NCBI GenBank assembly: GCA_038230375.1
Contig: JBBRNJ010000024.1
Span: 40,529 to 104,528 of the forward strand
Length of the DNA stretch: 64,000 bases
DNA from: Polyangiales bacterium
GTDB lineage: Bacteria; Myxococcota_A; Polyangia; Polyangiales; Polyangiaceae
Direction of reading: 5' to 3'
Positions 30,479 through 38,254 of this stretch are shown here, piece by piece. Made by a program: the position numbers and the translations under genes. Position 1 is the first letter of the stretch. Every line of letters starts with the position of its first letter. The notes below the pieces were generated by a model, which worked only from the letters and a program-made list of their open reading frames with translations, did not search any database and was not told the DNA's origin.

Positions 30479-32062
30479 TCACTTCTTGAAGATGTGGCAG
30501 CCGCTGCAGACCTTTGCGTCTGGCTGATGGCTGCGGTGGTCGACGTGGCAGCCTGTCGTGCAGCTTGCGCGATCGGATCTGGGTGCGGTGTGCGCGGAGT
30601 GGCACTTTGCGCACACCGCGTGACCATTCGACGCATGCAGCGCGGGCAGCGTTGCCTGGGCGTGGCAGCTCACGCACGCAGGCGGCGGAGGCGCGGTTCC
30701 GTTCGCGCCGCGCGGACCGTGACAGGTGGTGCATCCGCCCGCGACCGTGCGGTGCGGCGAGCCGAGCTGCTTACTGTGGCAAGACGCGCAGGTCGCCGTT
30801 GGCAGCGGTTTCCCCGAGTGGTTCTCGTGGCAGTTCGCGCATGCGTGCGGCCCCGTGTGCGTCGCTGTTTGCTCCTTCGCGTGGCAGGAGACGCACGCGG
30901 TGCCGGTCGTCGGTGCGTGACTCGCGCTCTGGCCGTGGCACTTCGCACACGCCGCGTGGCCCGGATTGAGCGCGACGAGCGCGGTCTCCTTCGCATGGCA
31001 GCCATTGCAAAGCGCCGTCTTCGCGACCCCCGATGCAGGCGTGAAGTCGTGCGGCTTGTGGCAGCTCTTGCACGCGAGCTTTCCTGCGTGCGCGGACGTA
31101 TCAGAGCCCGCGATCTTGGCGTGGCACGTGGTGCACGCAACGTTGGCGACGACGTTCGTGTGGCCATCGTGCGGCGCGTGGCATTGCACGCAGGCCTGCT
31201 TGTCATCGGCGTGCTTGCCTGCGTGCGTAAGCTTGACGTTCGCGTGACATGACACGCACGTGGCCGCTGCGCCGCCGGGGGCATGAGGCGCGTGACAAGA
31301 GGTGCAGACTGCATGTATCGGCACGCTCGCCGCCATCAACGTGGGCTTCTTGTTGTGGCATGACGTGCAGACTGCAGCGCCTCCCGCGACGAACTCGTGC
31401 TGCTTGTGGCAGCCAAGGCACGTGTCGTGGCCTTTCACCTTCAACGCTCCGGCGGATGCAGCATGGCAGTTCGCGCATGCGTTCTTCGCCAGGCTCGCAT
31501 CCGTGTGTCCGCCGTGGCAGTCCAGACAGCCCTTGCTGCCGGCGTGCTTCTCGTGGGAAGGCGTGCGCTCCTTGTGGCAGGACGCGCAGTCCACGGCGGC
31601 GATCCTCGGCTCTGTGTGTGTCTTGTGGCAGGAGGCACAGTCGGCGGTCGCGTGGTTCTTCACCGCAGGCGTTTTCCCCTGCGCTTTGTCGTGGCAGCCG
31701 ATGCACGTGGGCATGGCCTTGTTGGGCGCGAACATGTGACACGAGAGACAATCCGTCTTCATCTCGAGGCCCGCGTGCGTGTGCTTCGACTCGTTGTCGT
31801 GACACTTCGCGCACACGGTCGCGTTCACGTTCGCGAAGCCGGCGGTGAGGTCGGTGTGGCAGTCCCTGCACTCGATGCCCGCGCCGTCCTTGCCAACGTG
31901 CGTCGCGTGTCCTTTGCTGGTCTTCCACTCTGTCCACGATGGAGGCACGTCCGTCGGAGCCGACGTCACCGCGCTATAGCGATGAATCAGGATGGCAGCC
32001 GTCGCGACGAGCGCGCAAAAGAACACGATCGCCCCCAGGGTGACCTTTCTCCTGGGACTCAA
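30479..32062 (-). CDS. 25-heme cytochrome c, N-terminally anchored or exported
   Basis: 24 CxxCH plus 1 CxxxCH counted; repeating H...CxxCHxxH...CxxCH unit; TTG start overlaps the upstream stop. Confidence 0.92.
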   Translation of the reverse strand: MSPRRKVTLGAIVFFCALVATAAILIHRYSAVTSAPTDVPPSWTEWKTSKGHATHVGKDGAGIECRDCHTDLTAGFANVNATVCAKCHDNESKHTHAGLEMKTDCLSCHMFAPNKAMPTCIGCHDKAQGKTPAVKNHATADCASCHKTHTEPRIAAVDCASCHKERTPSHEKHAGSKGCLDCHGGHTDASLAKNACANCHAASAGALKVKGHDTCLGCHKQHEFVAGGAAVCTSCHNKKPTLMAASVPIHAVCTSCHAPHAPGGAAATCVSCHANVKLTHAGKHADDKQACVQCHAPHDGHTNVVANVACTTCHAKIAGSDTSAHAGKLACKSCHKPHDFTPASGVAKTALCNGCHAKETALVALNPGHAACAKCHGQSASHAPTTGTACVSCHAKEQTATHTGPHACANCHENHSGKPLPTATCASCHSKQLGSPHRTVAGGCTTCHGPRGANGTAPPPPACVSCHAQATLPALHASNGHAVCAKCHSAHTAPRSDRASCTTGCHVDHRSHQPDAKVCSGCHIFKK

Positions 32063-33129
32063 AGTCCCACCGCGTGACAGGAGCGGCACGGCACATCGTG
32101 CGTCTTGTTCTTGTTGCTCACGAAGCCGCGACCGTGCGGGCTTCCGCCCGAGCCACCGACCTTGTGACAGCCAATGCAGAGCTGCTCACCAGCGCCGCCG
32201 TGGCAGGATGCGCACGACATCGGATCGATGCGCGCCTGGGTTCCGTGCTCGCTGCCGCCGCGCGACGCAGAGACCCAGTTGGGTGGGTGCGGGCTTCGGG
32301 TCGCGCTGCCCGGCGTGATGTGAGAAGCGGCGTGGCACTGGACGCACGAGTCTTCCGAGTGACAGGTGGAGCACAGTCCAGGCTGCGCGCGCGCCTCCTC
32401 CGAATGCCTTGATTTGAAGCCGGCGCGATGCAGTCCGGACATCTTCACCGTGTCGAACGCGAGTCGAGCGGGGAGGGCGGGGACGTTCTGGCCGTGGCAC
32501 GCCGCGCAGGATCGCTCGGTGTGGCAGCTCGCGCAGAGATCCGCAGCGGCCGCTGCGCGCACGCCGTGCTCACGGACGAAGTCGCTGTCGTGCACGAGGT
32601 GGCTCGAGGGCAGCGTCTCCTCTGCGGCGAGGTCTTCGTGGCAGCCGTTGCAGTCGCGGACCTTCCATTGGTCCTGGTGCTCGTGGCATCCGAAGCAGCT
32701 CGCCATCGTGGGGCGCAGCGCGACGGGCTTCGCGACCGCCACTTCGGAGTGGCATCGCACGCAGTCGCCCTTCACGCGCGCCATGTGCTTCTGGTGCTCG
32801 AAGCGCAGGTGCTCGCGCGCGAGCTCGGCGGAGCCACGGACGTGCGACTCGCCGTGGCAGGCCGTGCAGTCGTGCGTGTCGTGCGGCTTCGTGTGACAGC
32901 CGACGCAGTCAGTCTTGCTTGGAAAATGCAGCGGATCGTGATCGCCCGACGTCGCGATGCCCGCGTGACAGGTGACGCACGCGACGCCTGCAAGGACGTG
33001 AGCTCTGTGCTCGAACGGGTGCGTCTGCGAGGCCCGTTTGAAGCCGAGCACGCCTGCGCACGCCGACAGCAAGAGGCAGAGCAGGAGGAGCAGCGTCAGG
33101 CGCGCGGGGATCCGGGAGCGCACGTTCAC
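32059..33129 (-). CDS. 13-heme cytochrome c3-like lipoprotein
   Basis: LSAC lipobox; FEHxxH...CxxCH c3-type units; 13 CxxCH; GTGA overlap with the porin stop. Confidence 0.92.
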   Translation of the reverse strand: MNVRSRIPARLTLLLLLCLLLSACAGVLGFKRASQTHPFEHRAHVLAGVACVTCHAGIATSGDHDPLHFPSKTDCVGCHTKPHDTHDCTACHGESHVRGSAELAREHLRFEHQKHMARVKGDCVRCHSEVAVAKPVALRPTMASCFGCHEHQDQWKVRDCNGCHEDLAAEETLPSSHLVHDSDFVREHGVRAAAAADLCASCHTERSCAACHGQNVPALPARLAFDTVKMSGLHRAGFKSRHSEEARAQPGLCSTCHSEDSCVQCHAASHITPGSATRSPHPPNWVSASRGGSEHGTQARIDPMSCASCHGGAGEQLCIGCHKVGGSGGSPHGRGFVSNKNKTHDVPCRSCHAVGL

Positions 33130-34361
33130 AGGAACTCCAGGGTGCGGGACACACGTAGGAGCGCGTTCGTCTCGAAGCTGTGGACGGGTGTGGAGGCTGC
33201 CTCGAGCGCGCCCGCGGCTTCCCATCCCGTTCCGGAGCGCCACGCGAGCGCGACAAGGCCCCAGGGCCACACGATGCCGCGTCCTCTCGGCGCGTCGGGC
33301 GCAGCGATCTCTATCTCGGTCGACAGTCGGAGGTGGTGAGAGAGCGGCTGGGTCGCGATGCCGCGTATGCCGGTCCACTGTGCGGAGGACACATCCTGTC
33401 TGTGAACCTCGAGCCCAAGACTGCCCGAGCCGCTGGGGCTGGTCGCCACGTGGTCATCGGTTCGAAGCAGCGCGCGGATCCACCCGTTGCCGCCGACCGC
33501 TCCGCCGACCGCTTGCCCAGCGGCGGACGCGAGCAGGTCCAGGCGTGGCGCCGCTTGCCAGCGCACCGTGCTGCCGATCAGATCCGAAGGGAAATCTCCG
33601 AGCACGGAGAAGAGCGAGGTCGCCGGCAAGAGACGCGACGGTGAGCGGTGGGCCGCGAACAGCTCGTAGCGAAAGTCGCCCTTGCGTGCGGCCCCGGAGA
33701 TCAATGCATCCGTGATCCCGGGCGACGTGATGTCGTAGGCGCTGCGGGCGGCGATGTCGATTCCAGGCAGCGGAGCGGTCGCGGCATCGAAGCCGATCTC
33801 CTCGTCTGCGATCTCACCATGCACACGTCGCTCCACGAATGAAGCGCCCATCGTGAGCCGCGAGCCAACGCTCTGCGCGACTCTTCCACCCGCGACCCAG
33901 TCGTACGCGCGCGCGCCAAAGCTCGGGACCACCGGCACTCCGCCAAACGCCTCGACCGTCCCACCCCATGGCGCCCGCGCGAGCGCCGAAGCACCATCCA
34001 GCTGCAAGGGGCGAATTGCCCCGGTGGCCACGACAAAGCGTCCCACCCTCAGATCGCCGAGCCCGTGCGGCGCGCGAAGCCGCATGGACAACACGAGTAC
34101 GTCTGCGGTCGCGTCGCTTCCGTACGGGCGCGCGCCCGCCCATACGAGCCCCTCCGTTGCGATCCACGGTCGCACGTTGTCAGAGCCCTGCAGCACGACC
34201 AGTCCCGTAGGCGCCTGTGTCTCTGCCGTCGCATCGGCGCGTAGACGCAACGGCTCCGCATTCGCGCGCTCGCACAACGAGAGCCACCCCAGCACTGACG
34301 GCACACAGAGCCACCTTGCGCGGTAGCTTCGTGGTCGCGTGGCCGCCGTCTTGCATCCCAT
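33126..34361 (-). CDS. Predicted outer-membrane beta-barrel (porin of a porin-cytochrome complex); start uncertain
   Basis: Signal ending ANA|EP; LRVGRF, LDGA and alternating amphipathic strands; ends LRVSRTLEFL; no hemes; first gene of the cytochrome operon. Confidence 0.7.
   Translation of the reverse strand: MGCKTAATRPRSYRARWLCVPSVLGWLSLCERANAEPLRLRADATAETQAPTGLVVLQGSDNVRPWIATEGLVWAGARPYGSDATADVLVLSMRLRAPHGLGDLRVGRFVVATGAIRPLQLDGASALARAPWGGTVEAFGGVPVVPSFGARAYDWVAGGRVAQSVGSRLTMGASFVERRVHGEIADEEIGFDAATAPLPGIDIAARSAYDITSPGITDALISGAARKGDFRYELFAAHRSPSRLLPATSLFSVLGDFPSDLIGSTVRWQAAPRLDLLASAAGQAVGGAVGGNGWIRALLRTDDHVATSPSGSGSLGLEVHRQDVSSAQWTGIRGIATQPLSHHLRLSTEIEIAAPDAPRGRGIVWPWGLVALAWRSGTGWEAAGALEAASTPVHSFETNALLRVSRTLEFL
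34340..34355 (+). promoter_or_regulatory. sigma54-like promoter upstream of the NapC/NirT gene
   Basis: TGGCCG-CCGTC-TTGCA (GG-N10-GC), ~58 nt before ATG 34413. Confidence 0.4.
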
Positions 34362-34412
34362 CGTCCGGTGCGCGTTGCAATTCCCGCGCGCGCCACGGAG
34401 AGCGCCCTCTAG

Positions 34413-35039
34413 ATGCCGTCCAGTCACTCGCCCTTCTCGTGGGTCACGCTCGCGTCGGCCGCGATCGCCGCCGTTATCATCATTGGTTACCTTGTTCGCA
34501 GGCCCAAGCTCACGGGCGTGACGAAGCTCTGGCTGCTCGCTGGACTCGGCGTGTTTCCGATCCTCACTGCGGGGGTCGGCAACGTGCAAGGCTTCGAGGC
34601 GACGACGAAGCGCAGCTTCTGCGCGTCGTGCCACGTGATGACGGAGCACACCGGCGACTCCGACAATCTTGCGAGCACGTCGCTCTCTGCGCGGCACGCG
34701 CGCAACAAGCTATTCGGCGACAAGAACTGCTACGTCTGCCACGCAGACTACGGCATGTACGGCACGCTCCTCACGAAGGAGGGCGGCATGAAGCACGTCT
34801 ATTACTACTATCTCGGCGGCTATCGCTCGCTCTCGATGGCAGAGGCGAAGGCGAAGATCCGAATTCACGCGCCCTACCCGAACGAGAACTGCATGCAGTG
34901 TCACTCGACGGAGGACAAGCTCTGGGCGGACCGTCCCGATCACAAAGCCGCGCTCGCCGATGTTCGCGCCGACCGCATCAGCTGCGCGAGCAGCGGGTGT
35001 CATGGCCTGGCCCACCCCTACTGGAGGACTGACCCATGA
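34413..35039 (+). CDS. NapC/NirT/NrfH-family tetraheme quinol dehydrogenase
   Basis: Two N-terminal hydrophobic segments; FCASCHVM (CxxCHxM), CYVCH, NENCMQCH, CASSGCH..AHP. Confidence 0.85.
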   Translation: MPSSHSPFSWVTLASAAIAAVIIIGYLVRRPKLTGVTKLWLLAGLGVFPILTAGVGNVQGFEATTKRSFCASCHVMTEHTGDSDNLASTSLSARHARNKLFGDKNCYVCHADYGMYGTLLTKEGGMKHVYYYYLGGYRSLSMAEAKAKIRIHAPYPNENCMQCHSTEDKLWADRPDHKAALADVRADRISCASSGCHGLAHPYWRTDP

Positions 35040-35299
35040 ACCTGGAGATGAGCCCGAAACGAGCCGAACGGCTCCTGCGCGTGGCATGCGTCGTTGCGCT
35101 CGCCGCGCTTTCACTGATGGTCTGGTCGGTGCTGGATCCGCGCCCGATTCCGGTGGTCGTCGCCATGTCGGTCGGGCAGGTCCTGGGCACACTGTCCCTG
35201 CTGCTCTTTTTTTGCGTGGTAGCGCTGGATTTGCGCCGCGCGAACCGAGCAAGCGCGGCCGCGGCGGCGCCTCCCGAGCCCGCGATCACGAAGGAGTGA
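35036..35299 (+). CDS. Small 2-TM membrane protein coupled to the NapC-like gene
   Basis: ATGA overlap; two hydrophobic helices. Confidence 0.7.
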   Translation: MNLEMSPKRAERLLRVACVVALAALSLMVWSVLDPRPIPVVVAMSVGQVLGTLSLLLFFCVVALDLRRANRASAAAAAPPEPAITKE

Positions 35300-35975
35300 T
35301 GCTGTCGATCAGGGTCTCGAAGGCGGGCTCTGCGTCGTGAATCGTGGCCTTGTCTCCCGTGAGCTTGAAGAAGGTCGATGAGCCTCGTGACTCCACGATG
35401 GCGCCGAGCAGCGCCCAGCCCGCACGCGGCGACGGAGCAGCGCCGGGCATCATCGCCCCGCCGGTGAAGGTGCCCGTGACCTCCACGATCGTGACCGTGA
35501 GCCCACGAACGACCTTGCGTCTGCGCGTCTCGTGGCCCGCATCGTCGAACTGGCCGAGCCATCGCTCGATGTTCGCGTCGGTGGTTCCGCCCGCGCGAAC
35601 GATGCTGAAATCGCCTGGTTCCGTTGCTGGCCGAGACGCGGGCACGCGGTACGTCGCGAGTCGCATCGGGCTCGTGTTCGGCGCGGACACCCACGCCGCG
35701 GGGACCTTCCACGTGATCGCCGGGGCCTCATCCTCGGCCTGCATCGGCGCGCCGGTCCCGCTCGCGCCGATCGGCGGATGATTCGGCGGCAACGCACCGC
35801 CACCGTGCACCGTGCTCGGTCCGAACGCAGGCTCATTGGTCATCGGAGCAGGCAGAGGCTGCGGCTCGGGAGCCCTTGCCTCTGCGACCGCCTCCTTGCC
35901 CGGGCGCACGAACGCGACCCCGACCGCAAGGAGCACCGCAACGACAAGCACGGCAGGAATGACACGATTGGACAT
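35286..35975 (-). CDS. Exported hypothetical protein with an LPPNHPPI motif
   Basis: N-terminal TM; WKVPAAW, MRLATY, GG...ANIERWLGQF, FFKLTG. Confidence 0.75.
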   Translation of the reverse strand: MSNRVIPAVLVVAVLLAVGVAFVRPGKEAVAEARAPEPQPLPAPMTNEPAFGPSTVHGGGALPPNHPPIGASGTGAPMQAEDEAPAITWKVPAAWVSAPNTSPMRLATYRVPASRPATEPGDFSIVRAGGTTDANIERWLGQFDDAGHETRRRKVVRGLTVTIVEVTGTFTGGAMMPGAAPSPRAGWALLGAIVESRGSSTFFKLTGDKATIHDAEPAFETLIDSITPS

Positions 35976-35986
35976 CCACCCCGACC

Positions 35987-36002
35987 AGCAGGACCCATGC
36001 CA
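35987..36002 (-). promoter_or_regulatory. sigma54-like promoter
   Basis: Minus strand TGGCAT-GGGTC-CTGCT; the C lies 13 nt before ATG 35975. Confidence 0.6.
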
Positions 36003-36010
36003 CTGAACAG

Positions 36011-37543
36011 TCAGCGACCACACTTCGTGGTGACGGTGGCGTGGTAGCTCGTTGGCGGTGCGGTGAGGCCGTTGAGAGGCCAGCTCAGCGCGTGCGGTCG
36101 CGTTGCTGGCGGCGCCCGCGTCTCCGATGGGAGGATCATGTTGGTGGCGATGCTCGCGTCGAGCTGGTTTCGCTGCGCCGCGACGATGTCGATCGTAAGC
36201 TTCCCCGCGTCGCGAAGGTGCGTGTCGAGATCCTCTCGTGCGCGTGTGACCCGCGCGTGCGCGAGCTGTCCGATGTTCCTCGACGCGATGTCACGCACGA
36301 GAGAGAGCATGTCCGCAGCGTCGGCGCCGGCTGGGGACGTCCTGAAGCCTGCGGGTGTGGCGTCGAATCGTTTGCGCTCATCGGCCAGGTATGCGTCGTA
36401 GGTCAGATGACCTGCGAACATGCGATCGGAGAGCGTGTCTGCAACGACGCTGCCCGGGCGTGCGAGCTCGCGCCGCACCAGCGCGACGTGTGCGGCGTCG
36501 TCGTCGGTCGAGAGTGCGGCTTCGGCGCGCGCGAGCTCGGCGCGGATCGGGTCGTAGGTGGCACGCATCCTGGTCAGTGCGTTCGTCGTCTCGTCGAAGC
36601 GACACAACTGGAACATCATCGTCGCGCCGAGGACTGCGCCCTCCGCATGGCGCGCCTTGTGGTCGGAGCTTGCCAGCACAGCCAGATTGCCGAGCGCGCC
36701 GGCATGATCGCCGGCCATGTAGAGCGCCCATGACTCCTCGAGGAGCGCGTCCGTGAAGTCGCTGCTCGTGACGTCGACCTTCCGATAGAATTTCACCGCG
36801 GCCGACAGCTTGGTTGGATCCACCGTGGGGACGTTGTTCTCGTCGGCGCGGATGCTCGCGGAGTAGTAGACGCGTGCCATCGAGAGGACCGCGAGATCCC
36901 CCATGTGCGCGGCGTCCGCGTGACCGCCCTCGGCGATCGCCGCAAGCATGCGCTGGAAGGACTGCACTGCGGGGACGCTCTTCCGCAGCTGCACATTTGC
37001 GATCCCCGTCAAGAACTGGCTCCGCAGGTAGCTCTTGGACTGTTGCGCGACCAGCCCGAACGTCCGGATCGCTTCGTCGAACCGGCGGTTGCGCAGCTGA
37101 TAGCGCCCGAGCAGGTAACAGAGCCGCCAGTAAATCTCGCGCTGGTGCTGGTTGTTGAGGCGAGCGATGTCACCGTCGGTGTACTTGCCCACGCGCTCCA
37201 TGACATCAGCCGGCTCCGGAAGATCAGCGTCGAGCGTCGCCAGCCAGATCAGCGTCTCCGCGTGCTTCGGATGATGGGGATCGTCGGCGATCATGGAGAA
37301 GGTCCCGTACGCGGGGACGCGAAGCTGCATCCGGTAGTAGGCGATCGCAAGCTGGTACTGGGCGAGCTCCTTGTCCGCGCGCGAAGCGCTCGGGGATCGT
37401 GAGACGTCGGAGAGCGCGATCGCGGCCTCCGGCCAGCGCTCTTGATCGAAGAGCGACTTCGCGTCGGTCTCTGCGCGCGCGCTCCCCGAAGACGCCAGCA
37501 CGAGCACACAGGTGATGGCGGCAACGGCCCATGGCAAACGCAT
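36011..37543 (-). CDS. Exported TPR protein resembling gliding-motility protein GltC
   Basis: Signal ARA|E; TPRs; LAVLSMARVYY, DALLEESWA, ALGNL, C-terminal TKCGR. Resemblance by eye only. Confidence 0.65.
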   Translation of the reverse strand: MRLPWAVAAITCVLVLASSGSARAETDAKSLFDQERWPEAAIALSDVSRSPSASRADKELAQYQLAIAYYRMQLRVPAYGTFSMIADDPHHPKHAETLIWLATLDADLPEPADVMERVGKYTDGDIARLNNQHQREIYWRLCYLLGRYQLRNRRFDEAIRTFGLVAQQSKSYLRSQFLTGIANVQLRKSVPAVQSFQRMLAAIAEGGHADAAHMGDLAVLSMARVYYSASIRADENNVPTVDPTKLSAAVKFYRKVDVTSSDFTDALLEESWALYMAGDHAGALGNLAVLASSDHKARHAEGAVLGATMMFQLCRFDETTNALTRMRATYDPIRAELARAEAALSTDDDAAHVALVRRELARPGSVVADTLSDRMFAGHLTYDAYLADERKRFDATPAGFRTSPAGADAADMLSLVRDIASRNIGQLAHARVTRAREDLDTHLRDAGKLTIDIVAAQRNQLDASIATNMILPSETRAPPATRPHALSWPLNGLTAPPTSYHATVTTKCGR

Positions 37544-37551
37544 GATGACTG

Positions 37552-37561
37552 AGAGTACACT
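37552..37561. promoter_or_regulatory. Overlapping divergent -10 elements (bidirectional promoter)
   Basis: 24-bp gap between divergent genes; + strand TACACT 6 nt before GTG 37568; - strand TACTCT 8 nt before ATG 37543. Confidence 0.5.
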
Positions 37562-37567
37562 CGCGGC

Positions 37568-38224
37568 GTGAAGGATGGCGATGCTCTCCCAGCCGTGGTG
37601 TTCGCGGCGTTCGTTCTTTCCGTTCTTCCAGCGCTCACCGCGTGCGGAGCGGAGCCCAATCAGGTCGCGGCGCCGCTCGTCCCCGTCCCCGGCGGATCGG
37701 GGTCGCTGCAGATCGGTGACTACGTGGTGTATCGCTTCACGGGAGCCGAGATCGGCTCCGTCACGCTGCGGGAAGAGGTCGTGGCGCAAGACGCCGCGCA
37801 CGTGACGATCGCTTTGCATGCGGAGCGTGGGGACGCGCGGCGCGACTGGATCCAGGTGGGCCCATCCTCTGCAGACGCGCGCTGGAGCAACGCGGTGGAC
37901 GCGATCTACGTGACCGGTGACGGCGGCAGACGAGAGCTCCCCAATCCCGACAACGTCACGCTCGGTCGCCTCTACGACTGGATGCTCGTCAACGCAGACG
38001 GCGAGGCGACCTCACGCGAGAGCGCCGCGTGCGAGCGCCAGATCGGAAGCGCGCGTGTTGCATGCACGTGCGAGCGCGCCACCCTCACCCTACGCGGGCG
38101 GAGCGTGCGAAGCGAAGAGACTCGGTGCCCTGGCTTTGCGTGGCAGCGCGGCCCGGCCCGCTGGTCGACCGACGACGGCAAGGTCGTGTGGCAGGTTGAC
38201 GTGGTCGAAGCCGGTCGCCACTGA
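37568..38224 (+). CDS. Hypothetical lipoprotein
   Basis: LTAC lipobox; globular beta-rich sequence. Confidence 0.7.
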   Translation: MKDGDALPAVVFAAFVLSVLPALTACGAEPNQVAAPLVPVPGGSGSLQIGDYVVYRFTGAEIGSVTLREEVVAQDAAHVTIALHAERGDARRDWIQVGPSSADARWSNAVDAIYVTGDGGRRELPNPDNVTLGRLYDWMLVNADGEATSRESAACERQIGSARVACTCERATLTLRGRSVRSEETRCPGFAWQRGPARWSTDDGKVVWQVDVVEAGRH

Positions 38225-38254
38225 TCTCGCGTTCACGGCCATGTCTATCACCCG

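Noticed and set aside
30494..32896. Plus-strand ORFs with repeating 'WQ' or 'VA' patterns
   Set aside because: Reverse-complement echo of the CxxCH codons (TGCCAC read as GTGGCA).
27581..35039. Interpretation as a nitrite (Nrf) or nitrate (Nap) reductase locus
   Set aside because: No CxxCK NrfA and no molybdopterin NapA in the window; only the NapC/NrfH-like subunit is present.
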